A stretch of DNA of 63,884 bases, filler included, from Chiloscyllium plagiosum (GCF_004010195.1; 12 parts of 12 records of this genome joined end to end with filler, not necessarily neighbours in it); one strand, 5' to 3'; positions 12,573 through 25,884 are shown, counted from the whole stretch's first letter. Numbers and translations: made by a program. The notes: generated by a model not told the origin, from the sequence alone.

Positions 12573-13188
12573 ATAAATCACCATTGTATGAAACGAATTT
12601 CGTTTTAACAACATCATAAATCTTTTCGCACAAACACACACAGAAACGTCTCAAGTGTACAGCACTGAACGTGAATACTTTTTCTCGCATGGCCGCTGTT
12701 CAATTTTAGCTTGACAGCACTGAAATAGCTGTGTTCATAATACTGCCGCTTGGTGAAGTTCCATGCGCCAGCTGGAGGGATGTTAAATGAATCATTAATG
12801 GCCTCAGCAGAACCTGCCAACCTAACCCTGGCAACATTGTGTACACTCAGCCTCCCATGGCCTCTTCTACTCATTTGCTTGGATTTCCAGTTCCAGTAAT
12901 GTCTGCGATCGTAGATAGGATGCTGTTCCAGTATGCAATTTGTACACGCTGCTGTTAGCTATATGGTATTGTTTAGGTGGGACATCCTGAGTTTTCAGGC
13001 GTGACTCTAGTATTCAGTATATGGTATCCCACACAATGGAGGACTCACCTACTGCTAATAAAATGTCAGCATTGATGGGAACAGACTCCACATTGTCCAA
13101 ATGAGTGGCCATCCTTTCCCTGTTTTGAAATCAATAAAATACCATTCAGATGGCAATATAAGAGGCACTGCAACTCCTTCCTTCCCTT

Positions 13189-13388
13189 AGGTGAAAGTGT
13201 GAACTGCAGATGCTGGAGATTTGAGTCGATTAGAGTGATTCGGGAAAACTAGAGCAGGTCAGGTAGCAACCGATGAGCAGGCTTCACCATTCCTGATGAA
13301 AGGCTCTTGCTCAAAGCGTCGATTTTCCGCTCTTCAAATGCTGCCTTACCTGCTGTACTTTTACCAGCACCACTCTAATCTTGACTCT
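13189..13388. mobile_element. Short fold-back Penelope-derived insertion with TSD
   Basis: Inverted arms surround a degenerate hammerhead core (CTGATGA at 13293). Flanking direct repeat TTCCTTCCCTT at 13178-13188 and 13389-13399. Confidence 0.7.
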
Positions 13389-15300
13389 TTCCTTCCCTTG
13401 AAATTTTACAGCCTATTATCCACCTCATCACTTTGCAGCCTGTCCCTGCAGGGCTGATAGAACCCAATCTGATTAATGTAAACCTGGTTCCAATATACAC
13501 GAACATGAAAGTGTGGCAAACTGGTCAATATTGATAATGTTTAACAAAAACAGTCTTGACTTACTCTGAAATTCAGAACTGTGATTTGGGCTGAGATCAA
13601 TAAAAATGGAAGAAGTACAGGAACAACCACTGTCATCCATCAGAAACAATTTTCTCTGAATGTCAATGTATAGTTCACTATTTGGAATGGATCAGTGCAT
13701 TTGAAAAGCTAATGAGAAGCAGCAATATTTTGGATCAGATGTGCACACAGTTTGAAGTTGTTTCTTGCCTCAGTTTTGCGAGAGGTTACGCAGATACATT
13801 CCAATTAGCATGAATTAAGTTTGCCAAAGTGAGCATCAAATTCTCTTATTTATGAGGCGGTTTTACTGCAAATGATGTACTGATTGCCAAACAGGAGAAC
13901 GTTATTTGGCATGTACCAGAAGAGTTAGGTAGGATGACCAGACACATGAAACAGGGGCTTTTAAAAAGAGTGAATGAGTTTTAGAGGTCATCTGAGGAAG
14001 TGATCAATAGAATAAAGCCAATTAAGGGGGGCTCGGTCACAAACATGGACAAATGGAAGAAATACAACAATCAGAGAACCAAAGAACAGGGTTTTTATAT
14101 AGAGGGTAGAAGACAGTGCGTGGATCAAGACCATGAAGAATTTGAAGATATACATAAGTTTAAATTTAAAACATTAGATGGCTCTGAGCCACTTAAGATC
14201 TCAGTCCTTTCTCGATAAACACAATTTTAAGTTTACCAGCCTTGTCCAAACAACATTAAATGGGACTTGTATTTGCGCTGTGCATATCTCATGATTTCAC
14301 AAAATATCGTCCTTTTATGAATGGATTAAAGTGCAATTTCCAACGTTTCAGCAATGTATTAAATTGCAGTTAACATAAATGGTCAATTTTCAAAAATTAT
14401 CTTCCAACATCCAGACTGATACAATGGTCAAAGCAGATTTCTAAGAACAGAATAGGTTTTTCAGAGGGTTAAACCATTCCGAGTCCTTAACCTAGATTCC
14501 GTTTTAATCATATCAGTTGCATTTTGGATACACCATTTGCAAAAAGTTCCCATATTCAAATCCACATCTTGGGTACTGCTTTAAAATAGCACATGTGTTG
14601 TTCCAGTTTATAAAAAATCTTACTTTCATCAGGATAGCTGCAGGAATATCAACATAAAGGGGAACAATGTTTTACACTGCACAAGAAAAGAGTTCTGATG
14701 GGTTGGAAAGTGTGCACCATGATTGATGGAGATGTTATAAGTGGAAAACGGACTAGTTAGATGGGGATGGACAGTTGACAGCTTACCGTTGCTAAATTTT
14801 AAAAGGGCAGATTGACTGATTAGTCAAGGCATTGTCCTGCCAAATAAAACTGAGAATGGAAACCGTCGATTTGTTGAATCTGAACAAACATGAAGGCTTG
14901 GCAGTTCTCTCTAATCTCTATGCTTTTACCAATCAGCACTCATTGCCTCGAGAGTTTGAACGTTTTCTCCCTTTGTGTTGATACTGTTGAAAATATCCTG
15001 ATCAGTATAGGCTTCCATTTTTTTTCCATCAATACTCAACTTTCTAAGTAGCACCCCAGATTGCAGGTGAATCTTAACCAAAAAGTGTAGGGCTTACAAT
15101 TAACTTGGAGAGTTTTGCACTGATCTCAGAGGAACACGAGCAACAATGTCCTTGTGGAGAGAGAGGAATGGCAACATTACATTGCCTTTGAGCAGATACA
15201 GCAAGAAATGCAAGTTACTGAGGAACAGAAATAAATAGAAACAAACCACACACACATCGGCACAACACACAATTATTTAAAGCAACAAAGTTGGTAAAAG

Positions 15301-15513
15301 GGAAAATCTGAGCAGGTCTGGCAGCATCTGTCAGGAGAGAAAATAGCAGAAGATTCGAGTCTAACTGACCCTTTGTCAAAGCTTTGACAAAGGGTCAGTT
15401 AGACTCGAAACGTCAGCTCTTTTCCCCTTACAGATGCTGCCAGACCTGCTGGGATTTTCCAGCATTTTCACTTTTGGTTTCAGATTCTAGCATCTGCAGT
15501 AATTTGCTTTTAT
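15301..15513. mobile_element. Short fold-back Penelope-derived insertion with 56-bp perfect palindrome
   Basis: Perfect palindrome at 15354-15409 inside longer inverted arms. Imperfect TSD AAAGTTGGTAAAAG (15287-15300) / AAAGCTGATAAAAG (15514-15527). Confidence 0.7.
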
Positions 15514-16274
15514 AAAGCTGATAAAAGTATTTCTCTTCGAGTAATTGTGGACTAGCAGAAATATTAAGTGTCTTTCTGAATATTGAGTGTGGCACCAAAG
15601 AGCACCCTGGTGATAACAACAGTTTTAAAATATAGCCCTCGTTGGATTGCAGCAGTTGAAGCGTTTGTCATACTATTTTGTGCCCTGTTCAGTTCCGATA
15701 CCGTTATGTGACCATATATTCAGATATTTTGAGAAGCAGATATCAGCATGAAGTTGCAAGTGAGCAGAAGCAGGGCTATCATCTGGACAGCACGAAGGAG
15801 ATCCCACACGCATTGGCTTTTTATTGAAATAGTGGGGTGATATTTAACTGGTGAAGGCCAATACAAGAGGAAATAAATGGGAAGAGATAAACAACTTCCA
15901 CGATTTCATCTAATCAAATAGTAAGCGATACCTGATCTCCAAAATCAGCTGCCATCTTTTCAAAAGATGCAAGAAGTCCAATGAAGTGATAGGACAGCTT
16001 TAACTTGAATCTATATCGCATTATTTCAACAAATTTTGTAGTTGCCTTCCAGCAGGCATTTCTTCCATCAGCGACATAGGTTTGACATAAAAACATTGGT
16101 TCTGCACACAGATCAGAGCCGATTAGTACAAAAACACAACATAATTAATCTAGAGAAACTGTATCAATGGGCGTTTGGGGTTGCAGTGCCTCTGTGTTCT
16201 GAGCTTCGACTGCAATGTCTTCCCATTCCCTAGTTTTTCTGGGAACGTTGCAGTTCCAGTCTGCTTGTATTTCA

Positions 16275-18359
16275 TCATTCCTGACACAATATGTCGACAA
16301 GTAAATAAGGGTCGAGGACGCATTGAATTTGGAACTGGGGAATGAACCCGGCCAGTTGTTAAATTTGAACGTAGGTAAGTACTTTAGTGACAGTTCCCAC
16401 AATTCGGTTATATTTACTTTAGCGCTGGAAACTGATCTGCATATACCGCAGGGCAGGAGTTATAGCTGGCACAAAGGCTATTATGATGTGATTCGGCAAG
16501 ATTTAGGATGCATAGGATGTGGGAGGAATCTGTAGGGCATGGAACAATTGAAATGTGAAGCTGATTCGAGGAACAGCCACTGCATGTCCTTGATAAGTAT
16601 ATCACTGTAAGGCAGGAATGAGGCTGTCGAGTGAAGGAACCATGTTTTACTCAAGAAGTTGAATCTCTTGTCAAGAGGAAGAAGAAAACTTATGTTTGGA
16701 CGAGATGTGATGCCTCAGTTAGGGTGCTTGAGAAGTACAGGTTAACTAGGAAAGACCTAGATCGAGAGCTGAGGAGATCCAGGAGTGGGCATGAGAATCC
16801 ATTGGCGGATAGTATCAAGGAAAACCCGGAAGGTTTATCAGGAATAAAAGAATGGCTCTAGTAAGATTAAGTCCGATCAAGGATAGTAGTAGGAGGTGTA
16901 TGTGGAGTCAGAGGAGATAGTTTAAGCACGAAGTGAATATTTGTCATCAGCATTCGTGATGGAAAACGACAATGTTATTGAGGTGACTATTGAGATACGG
17001 GCTACCAGACTAGATTGGAGTCGGGTTCACAACCTGGTGGTGTTAGCAATTCTCGAACGTGTGAAAGTCGATAAGGCACCTGACACAGAAAGGATTTATT
17101 CGATGATTCTCTGGGAAGCCAGAGACGAGACTGCAGAGCCTTTGGTTTTGATCTTCATTTTGTCATTGTTTACTGGAATAGTGATAGACAGCTGGAGGAT
17201 GGCAAATATTGCTCCCTTGTTCAAGAAGGGGAGTTGAGACAACTCTAGCAATTATAGGCCAATGAGCCTTACTTCGGTTGTGCGTAAAATGTTGGAAAGG
17301 ATTGTAAGAGATAGGATTTATAACGATTGAGAAAAGTATATGTTAATTAGGGATAGTCAACACGGTTTTGTGAAGGGTAATTCATGCCTCACAAAACTTA
17401 ATGAGTTTTTTGAGAAGGTGATGAAACAGGTGGGTGAGGGTAAAACGGTTGATGTGATGAACATGGATTTCAGTAAGGCGTTTTATAAAGTTCCCTACGG
17501 TAGGGCTATTGCACAAAATATGGAGGCTTGGGATTGAGTGTGATTTAGCGGTTCAGGTCAGAACTTAGATAGCTGAAAGAAGACTAAGGGTTGTGGTTGA
17601 TTGGAAGTGTTCATCTTGGAGTTCATTAATTGTGTTGGACCACAAGGATCTCATTTGGTGCCAGCGGTGTTTGTCATTTTGACAAATGACTGGGATGAGG
17701 TTGTCGAAGGATGGTTTCGTGAATTTGCAGATGACACGAAAGTCGATAGAGGTATGGATAGTACCAAAGGATGTTGTTCGTTCCAGGAGGACATAGATAA
17801 GCTACAGAGCTCGGCTGAGAGGTGGCAAATGGAATTTAATGTTGAAAACTGTGAGGTCATTCACTTCAGAAGGAGTAACAGGAATGCAGAGGACAGGGCC
17901 TGTGGTAAGTGTCTTGGTAGTGTAGATAGACAGAGAGATGTCAGTGTCCGTGCACAGAAAGTTGCCACCCAGGTTGATAAATATATTAAGACGACCTACG
18001 TTGTTTTGGCTTTTTTGAATAGAGGAATTGTGTATCGGAGCCATGAGGTTATGCTGCAGCTGTGCAAATCTCTGGTGCGGCTGGTGCTGGAGTATTGCAC
18101 ATAGTTCCGATCACCACATTATAGGAAGAATGTGGTTGCTTTGGAAAGGGTTCACAAAATATTTACTGGGATGTTTACTGGTATGGAAGGGAGGTCTTAC
18201 GAAGGAAGGCTGAGGGACTTCAGGCTGTTGTTATTAGAGAGAAGAAGGTTGAGAGGAGTCTTAATTGAAACATATGAAATGATCAGAGGTTTAGATAGGG
18301 TGGACGATGAGAGCCTTTTTCCTCAGATGGTGATGGCTTGCACGAGGGGACATAGCTTT
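16275..18359 (+). mobile_element. CR1 LINE ORF2, decayed, cut by linker
   Basis: SWRMANIAPLFKKG, DSQHGFVKGNSC, EFADDTK, LEYC, TRGHSF. Confidence 0.92.
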
Positions 18360-18459
18360 NNNNNNNNNNNNNNNNNNNNNNNNNNNNNNNNNNNNNNNNN
18401 NNNTTAATTAATTAANNNNNNNNNNNNNNNNNNNNNNNNNNNNNNNNNNNNNNNNNNNN
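18360..18459. other. Artificial scaffold-joining linker (44 N + TTAATTAATTAA + 44 N), first of 11
   Basis: Identical 100-bp unit at 18360, 24646, 38050, 43427, 47186, 49944, 51148, 52504, 54825, 61134 and 62371. The palindromic 12-mer puts TAA in all six frames. Confidence 0.97.
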
Positions 18460-19234
18460 ATACTGAGGAGCCACATTGTCATTGCCCTTAATGGAATAGG
18501 GCTGCTGTGTCTTTAAAGACAGCTGTACTATGACTCCACCCTCAATATACTTCCTGCCGGAACCTGCATGTACCCAACTCACTGCCTTTTCTCGGTAATA
18601 TGTTGGGTACAGTGGAGGAGGAGAGACAATTCCCGATTAACTTACACTTGCCAAGCAGGGTTGGAGTAACTGTCCTCAACAACTGTTCTTGCACATTCTA
18701 AGAATATGGCTTTCATCTATGATAAGCAATTTCTCAATTCCTAGTGTACATGCTCCAAAGACCCTTTTCGTTTACTGCCACTTATCCCCAGTTGACGCCA
18801 GTTCTTGTGATAAACCAGTTAATGGGTGCACTGAAATTGACCATGCAAGCTGCACGAAGGATTTAGACAGTTCATGTGATCCTTGTGGGCTCACAAACTG
18901 CCTCTCTCAAAATACCATCCCTCAAATTCAATCTCCCGCATCACTGAAGTCAATCTCAACCTTATCCAGCAATATCTCTGAAATCACTTTTACTGGATTC
19001 CCCTTTATTCTATTCCTCCGTTGCTGGTTTCTCTACTCGTGCTCAAGATTATCACCCCTCCGGTTTTTGTTTGGTTCCTGTCAGATATCTTCACTGAGTG
19101 GTTTCACCATCATTCCTCCAGCTCGCTGCATGTTTTTCTATCTCTCGAAACAGGGAGGCATCACGGAGCAAGATCCATTGTTATACTGAACAATTTCACA
19201 CTTGTTGCCGTAGTTACTGGCACCCTCAGTATCT

Positions 19235-19545
19235 GCATGTTTGTGTGTGTGTGAGAAAGAAAGCATGTGTGCACGTGTGTGGGCGTGTGTGTGTGTCTGT
19301 TTGTGCTTGTGTTTGTTTCGTAGTTTTCTGTATGTGTGCTTGTGTCCATTCGCATGTTCGAGTGTTTATTTGTATTTCTGTGTGTTTCATCCAGTGTGTG
19401 TATTTGTGCGTCTGTGCATTTCAGCGTAAGTGCTTAAGACAGCGTGTCCGCGTGTCTGTACGAATGTTTAGATGTGCACATTTGCTTTTGTAGATTTATG
19501 TCTGTGTTTCAATGTGTTTGCCGTTCTGCTTTTCTGTCTATTCTA
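19235..19545. repeat. Degenerate (TG)n microsatellite region
   Basis: TGTG-rich tract. A similar shorter tract lies at ~20330-20450. Confidence 0.8.
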
Positions 19546-20539
19546 TTAACTAATTGGAACCATTTTCAAAAGATTACAAAACTTCAGCCGGAGTGTTGCT
19601 TCAGGAGTCTAACACCCGGACTTAAACAATTGGCAATTGCTTTGGAATAAAAGTTGTTGAGAGGAATGATAATGAATGCATTAATGCAATAAAACGCTGT
19701 CTATTACCTGATTTTTCTACATATGTTAAAATTCCGCCGTCTGCTCGTGTATGTCCGCTCCTGCACATCAGGAAGATCAAACATACCAGGGAATTCAGTC
19801 AGAGTGAGGATAGCAGCAGATAGCATCATTCAATCTGACAGCAGCATCAATTCACACAAAGGGACAGTATGAGATCTTTGCTGCTCTCAACTCGCTTGTC
19901 TTGTCCGTAATTCCTCTTTGTTCAGATGAATTTTGACCACAGTCTGTTTAAAGTGTGCATTTGCTCAAAGTCACTTCGATGAAATGCTGTCAATGATTTG
20001 TTTGTTGATGCTTTAAGTGTAAATTGAGGAAAATGCTGCATTTCCTTTCGTGGGTTTTGCACTGCTCTGGAGCTGATGTGTCTTAGTCTGTTGCGTGCAC
20101 AATAATACACGCAATACACAGAGAATATCTGAATCATGCATTTCAGGACCAGCAATGCAGCTGGAGCCAGTTGGCCACATCCTGAGAGTTCCCACTCTGG
20201 GATTTGAGGAGGTTTTAGGGCTGCAAAGAACAGGAGTCAAAGTTTCAGTCCATTACATCTACCAAGTTTGCATCGACATCTTCAAAATTTGCAGCAATTG
20301 CATATAATTTCCATGAGTATGTTGCATGAATATTCGTGTGTGTGTGTTTGCCTGTGTGTGTGTCTGCCGCTTTGTATTTCTTTGTGCATGTTTCTATGTC
20401 CATGTCTCAGTGTATACAAAATCTATAATTATGTTTGTGCGTCTCTCTGTGAACTGGCACGTTTTGTCAGGGATATTATTGAATTTAAAATAGGACAAGC
20501 TTTGTGTCATTTTCATCAGTCTGTGTTTATAGTGACAAA

Positions 20540-20744
20540 CTTTGGCTTGGCGGATGGGAGACAGAAACTCTGATTGTCGCTTCGGTCAGTTTGGTCAGAG
20601 CTGCGAGGGTTCAGGGTACTTTTCACGGGGAAACAAACAGAGCACTTTGACTATCAGAGACATCGGGATGGAGGATATTGCCGTCGACCTCTGCCTGGTG
20701 ATTATTACCGTGATGCAACACAACGAGTAGCCAGTACAGAAACC
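20540..20744 (+). pseudogene. Decayed antigen-receptor V segment 3' half with 23-RSS (TCR alpha/delta-like, uncertain)
   Basis: FSRGNKQSTLTIRDIGMEDIAVDLCLV resembles FR3 (LTI....ED.A.YYC). It is followed by TACCGTG (20706-20712), a 23-nt spacer, and ACAGAAACC (20736-20744). Confidence 0.6.
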
Positions 20745-20894
20745 TGGGAAGACAGTAGGTATACCAACAGCCTCACCATTTCAACTACGTGAATCTGACA
20801 GAGGAGCAGCAAGTACTAAATGGAAATGAATTTTGTGGAGCCCTCATGTTCAATATAGAAACATTAAATGAATTTCAACCAGTGAGAATCAAGA

Positions 20895-21630
20895 CTGCAT
20901 CTATTTTCTAAACAGATGTCTGAAGTGCAAACAGATTTGGGAGTTTTAGTCCAGGATTCTCTGAAGGAAAACTTGTAGGATGAGTCAGCAGTTAGGAAGG
21001 CATTTATGTCGAGAGAACTTGAATATAACAGCAGGGATGTTATTCTGAGACTCCCTAAGGCGCTGGTCAGACCACATTTGTAGTTTGCATTCAGATTTGG
21101 GCCCCATATCTCAGGAAGGGTGTACTGGTCTTGGAGCGTTTTCAGAGGATGTTCATGAGAATGGGTTCATAAATGAAAAGCGTAACACATGAGAAGCGTT
21201 TGAACATTGTTGGTTTGAACTGGATGGAGTTTAGAAGAATGAGGGTGGATCCAGTTAAAACGCACACAGCATACTGACTGGCCTGGACAGAGTAAATATT
21301 GGGAAGATGATTCAATTGGTAGGAGAGGCTCCGCACCGAGGGCATAGCCTTAGAGTAAAGGGAAGGCCTCACAAAACGGATTTAGGGAGAAACTACTTCG
21401 GCCAGTGGTGCATTTATGGAATTCATTGTCAACGAAGACTGTGGAGGCCAGGTCATTGAGTATATTAAAGACTGAGATAAATAAGTTTTGTGTGTCAAGG
21501 AGATCAAGGGTTATGGGGAGACAGCGGTAGAATGGGTTTGAGAAGCGTAAGAGCCATGGTAGAACTGTGAAACAGACTCGATAGGCTTAATGGCCTAATT
21601 TCTGCTCCTAAGTCTGATGGCCGTATGGTC
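20895..21630 (+). mobile_element. Decayed CR1 LINE 3' fragment
   Basis: LVRPHL-, RTRGHSL-like remnants and a GGCTTAATGGCCTAATTTCTGCTCC tail. Confidence 0.75.
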
Positions 21631-23139
21631 TTTTGGTTTCAATTCTTTCTTGCTCTTGCTGTTTGTTCATTCATGGTTGATTCTTCTACACTCTAGAGGA
21701 CATAGCCAGAGCCTGTTTAGCTTTGATACCACCCGTATCAGTCTTGAATGTACTTACAGAACCACCTCCGTACAAATATTTCCACAGTTTCATTTTCCTC
21801 TGGATGCCTGCTCATCTTTCTTAAATGTGTGCCTTCATATTCTGAGGTTATGCATTCCATTCCAATATACTCTTACAGTTTGAAACGACATTTCCAGATT
21901 TCATCAGGTTTTAGTCAAGTTTTGATTAAACATTTCTACAGCTGTGGTACTTGAAGTTAGACCTCCTTACTCAAGTTCGGGATGTTACCACAACATCACA
22001 CGATGCTTCCACGCAGTTTACTCCTGGACTGAAGAATTATTCGCATGCTGATAAACAAAAAGCATGTTTGATTGCTCTCTCCTCTGTACAGCCCTCCAGG
22101 CATCAAATAACATTGTGTAATGTTTGTTACAGTCCTAGTGTTCTAATGGGAATGGTTCCAGACTTTAGAATCCAGTTAGGAAGACGATTGCCTGGCATGT
22201 TGGTCATCACAAACAAATCAAGCAAGCAATCACGTTTTCCAACATTAAGGAGGCAGCTGAAGAAGCGTTGAAATTAATTGAAATTTGATTCTGCATTTTA
22301 AGGATCAGATTGATTTCATTGTGAGATCTGTCCATTCTATATGAGCCAAAGTTCATTTACAAAGTCGCATATCGTCTTGACAAAATGTGGGCTTTGATTT
22401 GGCTAAACTGACTGAAAGGTATTATCGGAATTACAGGCATCTCAGCAAAGTGTTGCGAAGAATAAAATAGACCTTAAAATATAAACAGAAAATTTATGGA
22501 TTTCAGCTGGTTATGCAGGTTGAGAGATGAAAAGAATGCACACTGTCCCCACGTGTGAGTTGATGCTGTTTTCAGCCGTTGTTACTCTCCTTCTAACTGA
22601 ATCCACGTTGAATTTCAACATTCGCTTGACATCCACCAGCAGAAGGTAGAATTTTATCACTCTGAACGGAAGGAAATGAAAAGACTATTAGAGAAATTTC
22701 TTGAAAATTTCAGTAGGTCTGCCAACACCCGTGCAGTGTAATCACATATAACTTTTCGGGTCGTGTGATACTTCCTCAGAGCTGGTCTCTGTACACAGAC
22801 ATTTTCTCAAAATGAATGTTGAGAATCTGAGACTAACACATGGCAGAGTAATGTTAACGCTCTGTCTTTTTTTTTAAAAAAAAAGCAGCCAGATAGACAA
22901 AACCAGGGTGTTCAAAGAACAGACTTAAAGAAAAGATTGAGAATAAACATGATGTGCGAATATGTATCAGGGTACGCTCTTTGGAATGAATGGTCGGCTT
23001 CCCAATTGGGAAATGCAATGTGTTTTCAGGGAGCTGGATGCTTGCACCCTGATCTCCTCTCACCAATTATGCCATGGGGTTTGATTCCATGCGACAAATT
23101 TCTTGCCCAAACAGCTGTTCCCACAGTCTCTTTTTGCAG

Positions 23140-23416
23140 TGATGGCCGTGAAAGGCTTCTCAGTGGCAATGATCTGCATATCTTGCACAAGTTACTCAAC
23201 TTGTGAAGGGGTGTGATGGTAGCAGGAGCTTCTGGTCGCCGCTTCTTGCAGCATAGCCTGAGCAGCGAAGTTTCAGGCCACTCTGCGCCAGGAAATGCAG
23301 CAGTTTGAAATGCAGCACCTACCCCTCTGAGACAATGGGAGGGAGGATCCCGCCATCAGCTTCTGTGCAGTGATCCTCAGCATGAAACAAACCAATCAGC
23401 AGAAAGAACAGAAACC
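23140..23416 (+). pseudogene. Second, more decayed V-like segment with 23-RSS remnant
   Basis: Acceptor tttttgcag ends at 23139. Reads ..GFSVAMIC..GV*W*QE.., later GREDPAISFCAV. Then CAGCATG, 23 nt, ACAGAAACC (23408-23416). The downstream flank (TACCAACAG.CTCACCA) is homologous to that of the 20540-20744 segment. Confidence 0.45.
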
Positions 23417-23540
23417 ACATACAGGCAGGAGCTTTACCAACAGTCTCACCACCTTAGAAAAACAACCTTACAGAAGACCAGCGGTAACTGAGTGAAAATA
23501 AATGTTCAGGAGCTCCTATTCTCAATTTGAAAGTATACAA

Positions 23541-24556
23541 CATAGAACATAGAAAACTACAGCGCAGTACAGGCCCTTTGGCCCTCGATGTTGCGCCGAT
23601 CCAAGCCCACCTAACCTACGCTAGCCTATTATCCTCCATATGCCTATCCAATGCCCGTTTAAATGCCCATAAAGAGGGAGAGTCCACCAATGCTACTGTC
23701 AGGGCATTCCATGAACTCACGACTCGCTGAGTAAAGAACCTACCCCTAACATCTGTCCTATACCTACCATTCCTTAATTTAAAGCTATGCCCCCTCGGAA
23801 TACCTGATTCCATACGTAGAAAAAGGTTCTCATGATCAACCCTGTCTAAACCCCTAATCATCTTGTACACCTCTATCAAGTCACCCCTAAACCTTCTTTT
23901 CTCCAATGAAAACAGCCCCAAGTGCCTCAGCCTTTCCTCATACGATCTTCCTACCATACCAGGCAACATCCTGGTAAACCTCCTCTGCACCCGTTCTATA
24001 GTATGGCGACCAAAACTGCACACAATACTCCAGATGCGACCGCACCAGAGTCTTATACAACTGCTACATGACCTCAGGACTCCTGAACTCAATTCCTCTA
24101 CCAATAAAAGCCAGTACGCCATATGCCTTCTTCACCGCACTATTTACCTGGGTGGCAACTTTCAGAGATATTGTACATGGACACCAAGATCCCTCTGATC
24201 ATCCACACTACCAAGTATCCGACCATTAGCCCAGTACCCCATCCTTTTGTTACTCTTACCAAAGTGAATCATCTCACACTTACCTACATGGAACTCTATT
24301 TGCCATCTTTCTGCCCAGCTCTGCAGCTTATCTATATCCTGCTGTAACCTGACACATCCTTCCTTACTGTCAACAACTCCACCGACTTTCGTATCATCAG
24401 CAAACTTGCTCACCAAACCTTCTAGCCCGACCTCCAGGTCATTTATAAAAATGACAAACAGCAATGGTCCCAAAACAGATCATTGCGGAACACCGCTAGT
24501 AACTGCACTCCAAGATGAACCTTTACCATTAACTACTACCCTCTGTCTTCTTCCAG
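23541..24556 (-). mobile_element. Relatively young CR1 LINE 3' fragment
   Basis: GPLLFVIFINDL..SKFADDTK; ERVQRRFTRM; RGHSFKL; (TTCTATG)n tail. Confidence 0.93.
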
Positions 24557-24614
24557 GTTGAAACTTTATTGCTGGAACAGCACAGCAGGTCAGGCAGCAT
24601 CCAGGGAACAGGAG

Positions 24615-24645
24615 ATTCGACGTTTCGGGCACAGGCCCTTCTTCA
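24615..24645 (-). ncRNA. Minimal hammerhead motif in Penelope-derived repeat, cut by linker
   Basis: [C]TGAAGA-A-GGGC-CTGT-GCCC-GAAA-CGTC. The first core C falls in the N run. Confidence 0.6.
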
Positions 24646-25798
24646 NNNNNNNNNNNNNNNNNNNNNNNNNNNNNNNNNNNNNNNNNNNNTTAATTAATTA
24701 ANNNNNNNNNNNNNNNNNNNNNNNNNNNNNNNNNNNNNNNNNNNNCCAGAAAGTGAGACTGTGATGTCTCAGTTATTCATGGACATTAATGTGATCACAT
24801 CTCAAATACTGTATTGTGTGTAGTTTTGGTCTCCTTATTGAAGGAAGAATATAAATGCATTAGAGGTGTTTCAGACGAGTTTTACCCGATTGATCCCTGG
24901 AATGAGGGGGCTGTGAGATGAGGAAGGATTGGAAAGGCTGGCCTTGTTCTCACTGGAGTTTAGAAGAGTGAGGGGTTTTCCTGTCCCACTGTATCCTCCA
25001 AATCCCTATCTGCTTCCCTCGTGTGTCGTACCCTCCTGCCCTTTACTACACATGGAATTGAACTGTGCAGTCCTGAGGCCTATAACTTCCTTCTGGAACT
25101 CAGTCTCCAGGTATCTCCGGCACTCCCTGATATATCACTGCTTTTTCAATTCAGCCTTCATTCCAAACCCCCTGAGTGGGAGTTCCTGTAGTTTTTTACA
25201 TTCACTGCAGATGTATTTACCCTGAATCATTTCAATGCAATAAAGAAATGTTGATCTTACTTACAACTGAAAAATATCCATTCCTTCATTGGTCCAGTAA
25301 TTGTCTTCAGTCTCTGTTTTGAAGTTTCAGTACTTTGCATTTATTAACCTTCCCCAATGGACATGTCCCGAAGCAGTCTATTTACACATTCCCTCATACG
25401 AAACAATTTCCAGATTCCTATTTTCTTGTTTACCATTTTGTTTCATTCAAACCAAGTGCACGTGCAGGCTCCCAGCAGCTGAAGTGACAGTCCCAAATCA
25501 CTTTGGAAAAACAAAGGTGGACTCCTTCCCTGAATTCACAAACTCCCACACTGACCAAACCTTCCAGCATTCCCCTCTATGCTGGCTGCACTCAGTGCGA
25601 GCTGCAGTATATAAGCTGCCCTGTATTTATATTGCTTCTGATTTATATCACTCCATTCTGAAGTGCTGTTGTTCAGGATCTGGGTTAAGCTCACTCATTT
25701 CTCAATCGAAAGCTTCCTTCTTTCAGCCTGAAAGAGACTTTACATGTGCAACTAGAAAATGGGACTTCAATGTTGGAATCTGTTCTCAGGATTGATGG

Positions 25799-25878
25799 GC
25801 TCGATGATTTGATTCAATGAAATAACCTCATCTAATCTGCTCGATGATTTGATTCAATGAAATAACCTCATCTAATCT
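25799..25878 (+). repeat. Perfect 2 x 40-bp tandem repeat
   Basis: GCTCGATGATTTGATTCAATGAAATAACCTCATCTAATCT occurs twice. Confidence 0.9.
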
Positions 25879-25884
25879 CTTCAG

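Noticed and set aside
18404-18415. Recurrent TTAATTAATTAA as a biological repeat or regulatory motif
   Set aside because: Always centred in exactly 44+44 N, so it is a synthetic linker.
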